NCBI GenBank assembly: GCA_036676985.1
Contig: JAKFBU010000043.1
Coordinates: forward strand, 1-64,000
Reading direction: 5' to 3'
Source of the DNA: Candidatus Sericytochromatia bacterium
Lineage (GTDB): Bacteria; Cyanobacteriota; Sericytochromatia; S15B-MN24; UBA4093
Length of the DNA stretch: 64,000 nucleotides
The translations under genes and the position numbers were made by a program. Positions 1 to 8,993 of the stretch are shown piece by piece. Within the stretch, counting starts at the first letter, position 1, and every line of letters begins with the position of its first letter. A model generated the notes under the pieces. That model did no database searches. It had not been told where the DNA came from and worked only from the letters and a program-made list of their open reading frames with translations.

Positions 1-1949
1 TCGCTCGTGCCGAGGACCAGCAAGGCGTCACCGGCCAACAGGGGCATGTTGGCGTCCGGGTTCGGAGTCACCTCTCCGCCCCGGCGGATGGCCAGGACGG
101 CGATGCCCACGAGGTTGCGCAGGTCCAGATCGCGCAGGCTCTGGCCGCAGTAGGGGGAGGTCTCCGTCACGTCGACCCAGACCAGGTCGGCGCCGCCCAG
201 GGCCTCGGTGAGGGTCGCCACCAGCTGCGGATCGAAGTTGTCCTGGAACTGCCGGTAGGCGCCCGAGCGGATGAGCTGCGTGTAGCGCTGGATCTCGCGT
301 GACGACACGCCGACCTTGCCGAGGGTGTAGCGGATGACCTCGACGCTCGCCTCGAACTCGGGCTGCACCACCTCGTCCGCCCCCAGGTCGTAGAGGGCCG
401 CGACGTCCGCGCTCCGGTGCGCCCGGGCCAGGACCTCGAGCTTGGGGTTGAGCTGACGGGCGTTGGTCACCGCGAGCTGGCAGCTCACGGGGTCGGGGAG
501 CGTCACGACCAGCACCCGTGCCAGGGGCAGGTAGGCGTGGCGCAGCACGTCGATGTTGGACGAGTCTCCGTACATGCACGGGATGCCGCGCCTCCGGAGG
601 TCCTGGATCACGTTCTGGTCGCTGTCGATGACCAGGAGCGGGAAGTTGTGCCGGATCAGCACCTCGCCCAGGTTGCTGCCGACCCGTCCGAAGCCGCAGA
701 TGACCACGTGATCGGCGAAGCCCGCAAGCTCCGCGGTGGCCAGGGGAGCCTTCGGGCCCTTGGGCTTGTAAGCGCGCACCCACGGCAAGCGGGTGAGGGC
801 CAGGTACAGGGGCGTGGCGCTCTGCATCATGAGGGGCGTCAGGATGATGGTCACGAGCGCGCCCGTCAGAACCAGGGCGAAGAGCGTCTCGTCGATGACC
901 CCCTGCTGCTCGCCCATCTTGGCGAGGACGAACGAGAACTCGCCGATCTGGGCGAGGCCCAGGCCGATGGCGATGGCGGTGCGGCCCGAGTAGCCGAAGA
1001 TCTTGGCGGAGACCGTCGCCAACAGGGCCTTGCCGAGGATGATGGCCGTGACCAGCCCGAGCACGGCCTGCCAGTGGGCCACGAGGAAGCCCGGGTTGAT
1101 GAGCATCCCGACCGAGACGAAGAACAGGGTCGCGAACAGGTCCCGCAACGGGCGCACGTCCGCGAGGATCTGGTGGCTGTGGTCCGACTCGCTCACGACG
1201 ATGCCCGCGATGAAGGCCCCGAGCGCGAGCGACAGGCCCATCAGGTAGGAGGCCGCCGCCGTGCCGAAGCACAGGAGCATGGCCGACAGCAGGAAGAGCT
1301 CCTTGTTCCGCGTGGTGGCGACCTTGCGGATCACCTCGGGGAAGAGCTTGGTGCCGAGCCAGAGGACCAGGACGAGGAACACGGCCGCCTTGGCGAGGGC
1401 GGCGAGCATGGGCCAGCCCAGGATCTGGGCGGGGTCCGTCAGATTGGGCATGAGCACCATCATGACCACCACCGACAGGTCCTGGACGATCAAGGTGCCG
1501 AGCAGCGCCTTGCCGTGGGCCGAGTCGATCTCGCCGCGCTCGATGAGCACCTTGAGGACGATGATGGTGCTGGACAGGGCGATCATGCAGCCGAGCAGGA
1601 TGCCCGCGCCCAGGCTGAGTCCGAAGAACTGAGAGGCGACGGCCGAGATGCCCACCGTGAGGAGGATCTGGGCGCTGCCGCCCATGACCGCGACCTTGCG
1701 CACGGGCTTCAGCTCACCCAGGGAGAACTCGACGCCCAGGGCGAACATGAGGAGCATGACGCCGAGCTCCGCGAACAGCTCGATGGTGTGCAGATCGGAG
1801 ACGAGGCGGAACCCGTAGGGTCCCACCAGGAGGCCTCCGATCAGGTAGCCGATGATGACCGGCTGCTTGAGGCGGTAGAACAGGAACCCCATCACGAGGG
1901 CGGCCATCATGACCGCCGCCAGGTCCCTGAGGAGTAGAAAGACTTCCAC
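1..1949 (-). CDS. CPA2-family cation:proton antiporter (KefB/KefC-like) with TrkA-N and TrkA-C (RCK) domains; 3' end runs off the window
   Basis: Translated by hand from GTG 1949 after an AGGAGG RBS: MEVFLLLRDLAAVMM..., LGVMLLMFALGVEFS, GTLIVQD, LAQIGEF, HVVICGFGRVG (TrkA-N) and GQSLRDLDLRNLVGIAVLAIRRGGEVTPNP (TrkA-C). It is missing from the ORF track because there is no stop codon inside the window. Confidence 0.92.
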   Translation of the reverse strand, partial: MEVFLLLRDLAAVMMAALVMGFLFYRLKQPVIIGYLIGGLLVGPYGFRLVSDLHTIELFAELGVMLLMFALGVEFSLGELKPVRKVAVMGGSAQILLTVGISAVASQFFGLSLGAGILLGCMIALSSTIIVLKVLIERGEIDSAHGKALLGTLIVQDLSVVVMMVLMPNLTDPAQILGWPMLAALAKAAVFLVLVLWLGTKLFPEVIRKVATTRNKELFLLSAMLLCFGTAAASYLMGLSLALGAFIAGIVVSESDHSHQILADVRPLRDLFATLFFVSVGMLINPGFLVAHWQAVLGLVTAIILGKALLATVSAKIFGYSGRTAIAIGLGLAQIGEFSFVLAKMGEQQGVIDETLFALVLTGALVTIILTPLMMQSATPLYLALTRLPWVRAYKPKGPKAPLATAELAGFADHVVICGFGRVGSNLGEVLIRHNFPLLVIDSDQNVIQDLRRRGIPCMYGDSSNIDVLRHAYLPLARVLVVTLPDPVSCQLAVTNARQLNPKLEVLARAHRSADVAALYDLGADEVVQPEFEASVEVIRYTLGKVGVSSREIQRYTQLIRSGAYRQFQDNFDPQLVATLTEALGGADLVWVDVTETSPYCGQSLRDLDLRNLVGIAVLAIRRGGEVTPNPDANMPLLAGDALLVLGTS

Positions 1950-2203
1950 GGCCACCTCCTAGCGCCGGGTCGGCCGGAGGGATCCGGCCGCCGGGAGGCT
2001 CGAGGGCGCGCGGCGACCATGGGGCCGCCGGGCCGGGACAAGTAAGATCGTGGGGCAAAGCATCGGCTTCTCCTCTCAAACGTCGGGGGGAGACGGGAGA
2101 AGCGAACCAGGGCAGGTGGGGCCGGCACGCGAGGCGCGGACGGTCCGACGTCACGGTAGGCTGTAAGCCCGTGAGGGCCGATCGGTTACTGCTGACTGGC
2201 CGC

Positions 2204-2614
2204 CTAGCCGATGGGTGGCGGGGCCCGCAATCGGAAGTGGACGGCGGGAGGCAGGGCGACTTGTCGCGCCCGCCAAGGAGAAAGGCCCGCTTGCCCGCGA
2301 ATGCCGGCGAACAGGGACACGGAAACCAGCAGGGCCGTCCAGCTGGATTTGAGGTCTTGACGGGCGTCCACCGTCGCCAGCAAGGTGGAGTCCTGGAACA
2401 AGGCGTCCTGGTACTCGACCGGGCGAGGGGTGGTGTCGATGGCGGACGTGGGAAGGACCTCGGCCGCGATCTTGGGCGGGAAGAACATGACCCGCGGGCT
2501 CTTGAACGGGACCAAGGAGAACAGGGCCGTCACCGCAAGCGCAAGGACCAGCGAGAGCAGGCGCGCGGTGCGATGGAGGTGTTGGGTTTTTAGCGAGGCG
2601 TCATAACGCTGCAC
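2204..2614 (-). CDS. Small protein with an N-terminal hydrophobic segment and a C-terminal RAPP motif (candidate arrest/leader peptide)
   Basis: 136-aa ORF with LLSLVLALAVTALFSLV, ending ...HFRLRAPPPIG, co-oriented upstream of the antiporter. Confidence 0.6.
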   Translation of the reverse strand: MQRYDASLKTQHLHRTARLLSLVLALAVTALFSLVPFKSPRVMFFPPKIAAEVLPTSAIDTTPRPVEYQDALFQDSTLLATVDARQDLKSSWTALLVSVSLFAGIRGQAGLSPWRARQVALPPAVHFRLRAPPPIG

Positions 2615-2817
2615 GAACCCCCCTGAAATCTTGGCAGAGCGTTCTTATGTTACACCAAACCTACAGGTTGTGTCACGTCGCGGATCGAGTAGGGACGCGA
2701 TGGGGCGTCATTCGGGCGCTCGGGGGCATCGCGCGAGGCCAGCGCCGCGGATAGCCGGGCAAGCGTGGGTATAAGGCAACGACCAGGCTTCACCGCGACT
2801 TTGCAAGGCAACCGACC

Positions 2818-3939
2818 ATGGCTGAACCCCTCAAGAGCTTCTTCTCCCCCGACCTCGTCCGCCGCCTCGCCGCCGACCTCGCGCGCGCCGAGCCCGCCTT
2901 CCCGGCCGCGGCGTTCCGGGCACAGGCCACCGACGGGCTCGCGGCGCTGGAGCTGATGGACCGGGCGCGCCACATCGCCGTGGCCCTCGGGGACCATCTG
3001 CCCGCTGACTATCCGGACGCGCTCGAGGTGCTCTTGAGGTCGCTGGGGCCCGTCCATGCGACCGACGAGCTGGTCGGAAACGGCATGGCTCCTTTTTACT
3101 ACCTGCCGCACGTGGTCTTCGTGGCCGAGCGCGGCCTGGAGCACTTCGATCGCTCCATGCAGGCCCAGTACGAGCTCACGAAGCGCTTCACCGCCGAGTT
3201 CAGCATCCGGCCCTTCCTCGCTCGCTACCCGGAGCGCACGATCGCGGTCCTCGCCGAGTGGGTCTTGGACCCCGACCCCCACGTCCGCCGGCTCGTCTCC
3301 GAGGGGACGCGCCTCAGACTGCCATGGGCCAGCCGGGTCACCTGGCTGGACGAGCATCCCGAGCGTGTGCTCGAGCTGCTCGAGCAGCTCAAGGACGATC
3401 CGACGACGCTGGTGCGCCGCAGCGTGGCCAACAACCTCAACGACCTCGGCAAGGTGCATCCCGCGCTGCTCATGCGGACCTGCGCGGCGTGGCTCGCAGG
3501 CGCCACCCCCGAGCGCCGCGCGCTCGTCGAGCACGCGCTCCGGAGCGCCGTGAAGCGCGGGGAGCCCGCGGCCTTGCAGCTCCTCGGGTACGGCAAGCAG
3601 GCTGCCGTCAGCCTCGAGAACGTGCGCTTCGAGCCGGCGAGCGTCGCCATCGGCGAGCGGGTCCGCATCCTCTTCGAGCTGCGCAGCCATTCCGAGGTCC
3701 AGGAGGAGGTGCTCGTGGACCTGGCCGTCCACTTCGTGAAGGCGCGGGGGCATGTCTCGCCCAAGGTCTTCAAGCTCAAGCGCCTGTCACTGCCTGCGGG
3801 CGGGCAGGTGGAGCTCCAGGCGTCGGTGTCCCTCGCCGTCCATTCGACGCGCGTCCCGCAGCCAGGAACTCACGCCGTCGATGTCCTGGTGAACGGTCGG
3901 GCCCTGCGCGCCGGAGCCTTCGAGGTGACCCCCTCCTGA
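2818..3939 (+). CDS. DNA alkylation repair protein (AlkC-like HEAT-repeat glycosylase with Ig-like C-terminus)
   Basis: Motifs LTKRFTAEFSIRPFL, HVRRLVSEGTRLRLPW, VRRSVANNLND and C-terminal KVFKLK...PGTHAVDVLVNG. Confidence 0.88.
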   Translation: MAEPLKSFFSPDLVRRLAADLARAEPAFPAAAFRAQATDGLAALELMDRARHIAVALGDHLPADYPDALEVLLRSLGPVHATDELVGNGMAPFYYLPHVVFVAERGLEHFDRSMQAQYELTKRFTAEFSIRPFLARYPERTIAVLAEWVLDPDPHVRRLVSEGTRLRLPWASRVTWLDEHPERVLELLEQLKDDPTTLVRRSVANNLNDLGKVHPALLMRTCAAWLAGATPERRALVEHALRSAVKRGEPAALQLLGYGKQAAVSLENVRFEPASVAIGERVRILFELRSHSEVQEEVLVDLAVHFVKARGHVSPKVFKLKRLSLPAGGQVELQASVSLAVHSTRVPQPGTHAVDVLVNGRALRAGAFEVTPS

Positions 3940-4019
3940 TGCCCGCTCCAAGCAAGGTTTTCGGCCAAACGGGGAATAGAGTCCTCGGCCAGCTTGCCTT
4001 TTGATCCGAGGTGTCGCCC

Positions 4020-5153
4020 GTGTCCATTTCCCGCCCATCGTCTCAGAGCCCCGAGCTCAGGGTCTCCGCCCCGCGTGCCTTCCAGGGAGGCGCCGGCGCT
4101 CAGGTCGAGCTGGCAAAAGAAGCGGTGGAGGCCCTCAGGGGCCCCGGCGATGCCCTCAACCTCATGAGCGGCAAGAAGTTCCGGATGATCCGCGCAGAGC
4201 TCGACGCGTCCACGCCCTACACGGGCCTGCACGCGGAGCGCGGGGCGGTGCCCAGGGCCATCGATGTCCCCAACCCCGACTCGCCGGACGGCCAGTGGGA
4301 TCCGTACGCTTACATGCCCCGGTTCGTCTTCGAAGCGGGCGAGGACGCCTTTCCCGTGCCCCCGAACTTCGATGGCGACACGGACCTGGCGAACAACGGT
4401 CCCACCGCGGCCAACGCCGGCGACGGCCACTATCAAGACGGCGTCGTCGGCGGCCGTCAGCCCCTGACCGGCGCCTTCACGGTGACGAAGAAGGGCGAGT
4501 ACCACATCCTCACCTACAGCTTCTACTACGCCCACAACAAGGCCGGGGACTACCACCAGAACGACTACAGCACGGCCCAGGTCTACCTGAAGCCCGGCAA
4601 GGACGGCAAGCTCGCACCCACCCACCTCATGACGAGCTGGCACCATGGGGCCATCCTGACCCCGTGGCAGGACCTCGGCAAGGACGACCAGGGACGGCCC
4701 ATGGTCAAGGTCCAGCTCGGGTCCCACGCCCTGCAGGTGCTCGGTAAGGACGAAAAGCCGCCCACCAAGGGTCTGCAGATCCAGGGCGACGGCCAGGCCG
4801 TCCTGGACGGCCGTCCGGTGGATCAGAAGCTTGCCTTCGAGGCCTTCCAGACCAACGTCAAGGACGCGCGCTATCTCGATCCCGGCCAGGCCGAAGCGCT
4901 TCCGCGCCTCGAGGCCATGCGCTGGGGCGAGGCGGCCGTCAACCCGTTCCTGCCCTCGGTCTTCGAGGAGGCGACGCCTGTCTGGCAGGAGATGGCCAAA
5001 CGGGGCCTCGACTCGGTCGAGAAGGGCCTCGGCGAGGTCAAGGACGGTCTCGAGAAGGGCCTCGGCGAGGTCAAGGACGGTCTCGAGAAGGGCCTCGGTG
5101 AGGTCAAGGACGGCGCCGGGAAGCTCTGGGGCAAGGTCAAGGGCCTGTTCTAG
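4020..5153 (+). CDS. Hypothetical protein with a Vps62/NPP1-like core and C-terminal 11-aa repeats
   Basis: GTG 4020 follows GAGGT; motifs PRFVFEAGEDAFP and LTYSFYYAHN..YHQNDYS..SWHHG; C-terminal (EKGLGEVKDGL)x3. Confidence 0.7.
   Translation: MSISRPSSQSPELRVSAPRAFQGGAGAQVELAKEAVEALRGPGDALNLMSGKKFRMIRAELDASTPYTGLHAERGAVPRAIDVPNPDSPDGQWDPYAYMPRFVFEAGEDAFPVPPNFDGDTDLANNGPTAANAGDGHYQDGVVGGRQPLTGAFTVTKKGEYHILTYSFYYAHNKAGDYHQNDYSTAQVYLKPGKDGKLAPTHLMTSWHHGAILTPWQDLGKDDQGRPMVKVQLGSHALQVLGKDEKPPTKGLQIQGDGQAVLDGRPVDQKLAFEAFQTNVKDARYLDPGQAEALPRLEAMRWGEAAVNPFLPSVFEEATPVWQEMAKRGLDSVEKGLGEVKDGLEKGLGEVKDGLEKGLGEVKDGAGKLWGKVKGLF
5017..5113 (+). repeat. 33-bp coding tandem repeat, about 3 copies
   Basis: Unit TCGAGAAGGGCCTCGGCGAGGTCAAGGACGGTC repeated almost exactly. 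Confidence 0.95.
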
Positions 5154-5156
5154 CCT

Positions 5157-6056
5157 TTACGGCACCTGGTACTCCCGGATCGCCGCCCGCACGTCCGCCT
5201 TCAACTTCGCCGGGTCCGTGGTCGGGCGTTCGGTGAGGGCGAACAGCCGCTGCCAGAGGGCGACGCCGTCCTTTTCCCTCAGGAGCTTGATGCGTTCCGA
5301 CTGCTGGTAGAGCCCGTCCCAGACCGCCTGCACCTGTTGCCAGGTGCCCTTGTTCGCTTGCCACCAGCGGCGCGCCGCGTCGCAGCGGGCGTTGTCCACC
5401 CGGCGATAGCTGTTCAGCCCCTTCTCCTGGACGAGCGGGGTCTCTTTCGAGCCTTCGACCTTCAATTTCACGTTGTCTTGCTCGTGCACCCAGCCGAAGT
5501 CCTTCAGCTCATGCCGGTTGCGCCGGACGAGCACGTTGTAGTCGCTGCGCGTGGTGAACTCGCGCCGGGGCAGTGGCGACCAGGCCTCCGACTCCCAGTA
5601 GGTCTTGCCGTCCGAGCGGATCCAGGTCCCCAGCCCCTCGTAGCGAGGGCTGTCGTCGACCTCGTAGACCCGCTGGACCCACTTGCCGCGGGCCTCCTCG
5701 GGGGTGAGGCGGCGCTTCACCCAGAGTCCGTCCCCCTTGTAGTCGAACAGGTAGGTGGGCTGGTACTCCCATTCCTGCCGCCAGTGCTTCTGGGAGCCGC
5801 CCGGAACGACCAGGACATGCTGCAAGCCGATGTAGTCCGGGCGCTCGCCGTCGACCTCGACCCACTCGAGCCCGCCGATGCGCTTGGGCTCCTTGGGCTT
5901 GTAGCCGGGTGCCAGGGCGAAAGTCTCGGCGTACTGGAAGGTGACCTCGAAGCAGCCGCACTGGCCCTGAATGGCTTGCTTGTCGGCGGGCGGCGCCTCC
6001 GGCGGGGTGGCCCCCGCCAGTATCAGGAAACCGAGGGTTGCGGTCTTGAGGTCCAT
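5157..6056 (-). CDS. DUF6607-like exported protein
   Basis: Signal peptide, then DKQAIQGQCGCFEVTFQYAETF, KHWRQEW, VDDSPRYEG, PLPRREFTTRSDYNV and WVHEQDN. Confidence 0.8.
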   Translation of the reverse strand: MDLKTATLGFLILAGATPPEAPPADKQAIQGQCGCFEVTFQYAETFALAPGYKPKEPKRIGGLEWVEVDGERPDYIGLQHVLVVPGGSQKHWRQEWEYQPTYLFDYKGDGLWVKRRLTPEEARGKWVQRVYEVDDSPRYEGLGTWIRSDGKTYWESEAWSPLPRREFTTRSDYNVLVRRNRHELKDFGWVHEQDNVKLKVEGSKETPLVQEKGLNSYRRVDNARCDAARRWWQANKGTWQQVQAVWDGLYQQSERIKLLREKDGVALWQRLFALTERPTTDPAKLKADVRAAIREYQVP

Positions 6057-6213
6057 GGGGATCGTCCTCCGGCGCCATGGTCGTCAAGACGATGGCCGGA
6101 GGCAAGGTCGATCTGGTCATGAGGGAGTGGTCGTTCCGGCGAGAACGAGCCGAGCGGTCGTTGGGGGGATAGGCGGCTGCCACGATACGAAGAAGGCTTC
6201 GACCGCCCCGTCG

Positions 6214-6828
6214 CTATGGAAGGTGCCGGTGCGGCAGGGACCACCGCCAGTGCACGGAGGCCATGCGCAGGCCGATCACGAGCCCCAGGAGCAGGGCGAG
6301 GGGGGCGCCTTCGCGCGGCCAGCCGAGGCCGATGGCGAGGGCGGCCAGCATGGCCCAGGCTCCGTAGACGTGTCCCCGCTGGAAGACGAGCGGCTTGCGC
6401 TGGGCGAGGAGGTCGCGGATGATGCCGCCGCCCGCTCCGGTCAGCAGGGCCGCCGCCACGATGGCGACGAGCGGAAAGCCGCGGCCCGCCGCGTAGAGGG
6501 CCGCCTGGATCGAGAAGGCCCCGAGGCCGATGGCGTCGCACCAGAGCTCCGGCCGGCGCCAATGCTGCAGCAGTTTCTGAGGCAGGCAGAAGGCCGTGAG
6601 GATGGCGGCGGCCGCAACCCCCATCAGGAGGCCCTGGTTCCAGATGGCGGCCGTCGAGTCGCCCAGGATCAGGTGCCGGATCACGCCCCCGCCAAAGGCC
6701 GTGACGAAGCCGAGGAAGAGTACGCCGAGGAGGTCGTAGCCCTCCTCCATGGCGACAATGGCGCCGCTGGACGCGAAGGCGACGGTGCCGATGACGTTCA
6801 ACCAGTCCCAATCCATGGGGCCAAGCAC
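6214..6828 (-). CDS. Trimeric intracellular cation channel (UPF0126/YadS-like) membrane protein
   Basis: GTVAFASSGA, TAFGGGVIR, DAIGLGAF and TGAGGGIIRDLL internal repeats. Confidence 0.9.
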   Translation of the reverse strand: MLGPMDWDWLNVIGTVAFASSGAIVAMEEGYDLLGVLFLGFVTAFGGGVIRHLILGDSTAAIWNQGLLMGVAAAAILTAFCLPQKLLQHWRRPELWCDAIGLGAFSIQAALYAAGRGFPLVAIVAAALLTGAGGGIIRDLLAQRKPLVFQRGHVYGAWAMLAALAIGLGWPREGAPLALLLGLVIGLRMASVHWRWSLPHRHLP

Positions 6829-6966
6829 GAGGGTAGGGTCCTTTCCAGGTCCGGCGTTCGGGGCAGGCTCCGGGAGGCGGAGCCGGTGCGGACTCTACCT
6901 TACCACTTACGGGCAACCTACGTGGCCAGAGGGTTCGCCCCTCCGAGGCATCGGGCAGTCGAGCGA

Positions 6967-8052
6967 CTACTGGCGTCCCAGCGTCGCCCGACTGTAGATC
7001 ATGGCGTGATCGGAGGTCTTGCGTTCCAGCTCCCCGCGCTCGCGCTTGTAGCCCGAGAACTTGACCTGCTGCGACCCGAAGATCCAGTCGATGCCCATCT
7101 GGGCAGGCGGCCGCCCGTCCTTTCGTTCGTTGGCCGCGTTCATGTCGGCCCCCTGCGTCATCGCATTGAAGTACTTGATCTTGTCGTTCATGTCGCCCGT
7201 GACGATGACGGGCAGCCCCGACTCGCGCTTCAGGCGGTTGACCAGCTCGACCTGCTTGGCCGCGGCCTTGTCGCGCTGGGCCTGCTGGGCGCCCGTGCGG
7301 TAGCCGGGGGCGTTGTGGAAGTTGAGGAAGTACGCCTCCTGGCCGGTCTCTTTGTTGCGCAGCTTGACGATGGGCGCCGGCCAGTCGTTCCCGCGATGAG
7401 AGGGCATCCGGACGATCTTGCCCTCGACCAGATCCCACTGGTCCTTGCGCCAGGCGATCGAGTTCTGGGAGCCCATGGCCATCTTGGTCTTGCCCGGATA
7501 GAGGCCGTACGTGTCGCCGGCCACTCGCTTGAACTCCTGGGCCTGGTCCGGGGCGAGTTCCTGGAAGCCGACGATGTCCACGCCCTTCTGGCGCAGCAGC
7601 TCGGCGGCCCAGCGAATTCGCGTCACGCCCGACGCGTAGCCCTTGGCGTCACCGCCGGGGGCCGTGTGGTTGCTGCCGAGCACGTTGAAGGAGCTGATGA
7701 CGAAACTGGTCTTCTTCCCCGCGGGCTGGGACGTGCCGGGAGGTGCCGGAGTCGGCGCGGGAGACGGGAAGAACAGCCTATCCACCAGGTCCCCGAGGCG
7801 CTGCAAGAGGCTGCCGAGGACGGGAAGGTCCATCAGGCCCGTGGCGACGGGCGGCGCGGGGATCGGTGCCGCATAGACCGGCGCGGCCGGTAGCGATTGG
7901 CTCGACAGGTGCAGCTGGTCCAGCAGGGACTGGTACACCGACATCGGCATGACCGTCGGCGCGGACGCCACGGCGACCGGCGGGGTCCAGGCGCCGTAAC
8001 CCGCGGCGTAGGGCCCCGGTGTCACGGGCAAGGGTGCGAAACGATCTGCCAT
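6967..8052 (-). CDS. Endonuclease/exonuclease/phosphatase (EEP) family protein with a Pro-rich N-terminus
   Basis: SFNVL, GFQEL, TGDMN, IDWIF and SDH catalytic motifs; start ATG 8052 after GGAGG. Confidence 0.85.
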   Translation of the reverse strand: MADRFAPLPVTPGPYAAGYGAWTPPVAVASAPTVMPMSVYQSLLDQLHLSSQSLPAAPVYAAPIPAPPVATGLMDLPVLGSLLQRLGDLVDRLFFPSPAPTPAPPGTSQPAGKKTSFVISSFNVLGSNHTAPGGDAKGYASGVTRIRWAAELLRQKGVDIVGFQELAPDQAQEFKRVAGDTYGLYPGKTKMAMGSQNSIAWRKDQWDLVEGKIVRMPSHRGNDWPAPIVKLRNKETGQEAYFLNFHNAPGYRTGAQQAQRDKAAAKQVELVNRLKRESGLPVIVTGDMNDKIKYFNAMTQGADMNAANERKDGRPPAQMGIDWIFGSQQVKFSGYKRERGELERKTSDHAMIYSRATLGRQ

Positions 8053-8121
8053 GAGCCTTCCTCCCGCTCCGTCTATCGGCCCGGAAGGGGATGACTTTCT
8101 TATTCTCTGTTTAAAGATGAG

Positions 8122-8150
8122 AAAAGCCTCGCCCGTTGCGGGCGAGGCTT
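8122..8150 (-). terminator. Intrinsic terminator after the lipoprotein pair
   Basis: Hairpin AAGCCTCGCCCG-CAA-CGGGCGAGGCTT followed by TTCT on the minus strand. Confidence 0.7.
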
Positions 8151-8164
8151 CTCGGAGAGCCGGC

Positions 8165-8941
8165 CTAGGGGATGGCGATTTCCAGGGCCGCCGTGGCGAC
8201 CTCGGTGTCGTCGTCGACCTCCACGTCCAGCTGGGCATCGGCGCCTGCGATCGCCTGTCCGTTGAGGTCCTTGGCCTGGGCTTTCAGGCGGTAGGTCGAC
8301 ATGCCTTGTAGGTTGTCGAACGAGACGGTCGAGGGCACCTCGTCCGCGGGAAGGCTCCGCGTCGCGAGCAGGGTCTCCACGTTGCCCGCAAGCGCGTAGA
8401 AGCCGACGTCGAGCGCGGTGAAGAGCACCGAGCCCGTCGCGCTCAGCGTCACGGCCGCGGTCGCCGCGAACGGGGTGGCGACGAGCCGGACCGTCAGCGG
8501 GGCCATGGTGGGTTGGTCGTTGCCGAGCACCGGCACGTCGACGTAGGACTGCTCCGGGATGCTGATGAGGTCGCCCTCGTCGGTCCCCGGCGCCTCGTAG
8601 GCGGACGCCCGGACGCGATAGGTGACGTTGGCTGCGAGGTTCGTGAAGGTGAAGGGGGTGTCCAGCTCCCAGCGGATCAGGTCGGCCGTGACCGGGGCTC
8701 CGGACGACGTCAGGACCGGCGTTTCCACCTGGGACGTGACGCGGCTCAGCGCGAGCACGACGTGGTTCACGCGGGTGGCGTCGACCTGGGGCACCACCGC
8801 CTGGGCCGCATAGCCGCTCGCCTGAAACCGGGGGGTGAGCGTCAGCGTGGCGGTGCCGGTCGTCGTCCGCGCGACCGGACCGGCGGCCGCACAGCCGCAG
8901 AGGGCCAGCAAGAGAAGGGGAGCAAACCGAGTGGCTTTCAT
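8165..8941 (-). CDS. Lipoprotein with two tandem beta-sandwich-like domains
   Basis: Lipobox LALCGC; motif F.NL....TYR..A.A occurs twice. Confidence 0.75.
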   Translation of the reverse strand: MKATRFAPLLLLALCGCAAAGPVARTTTGTATLTLTPRFQASGYAAQAVVPQVDATRVNHVVLALSRVTSQVETPVLTSSGAPVTADLIRWELDTPFTFTNLAANVTYRVRASAYEAPGTDEGDLISIPEQSYVDVPVLGNDQPTMAPLTVRLVATPFAATAAVTLSATGSVLFTALDVGFYALAGNVETLLATRSLPADEVPSTVSFDNLQGMSTYRLKAQAKDLNGQAIAGADAQLDVEVDDDTEVATAALEIAIP

Positions 8942-8993
8942 AAGGGTACCTCGTCGGGGCGAGGGGGGGCCGGCACGGCCGGCCCCCCTCCGG

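Noticed and set aside
417-1937. Long alternative-frame ORFs such as 417-1937+, 5971-7893+, 14438-16273+, 16501-18381+ and 50434-52296-
   Set aside because: They are antisense shadows of well-supported genes, as expected in high-GC DNA, and carry no recognisable motifs.
5017-5113. 33-bp direct repeats as a possible CRISPR array
   Set aside because: The repeats are contiguous with no spacers, lie in frame within a CDS, and no cas genes are nearby.
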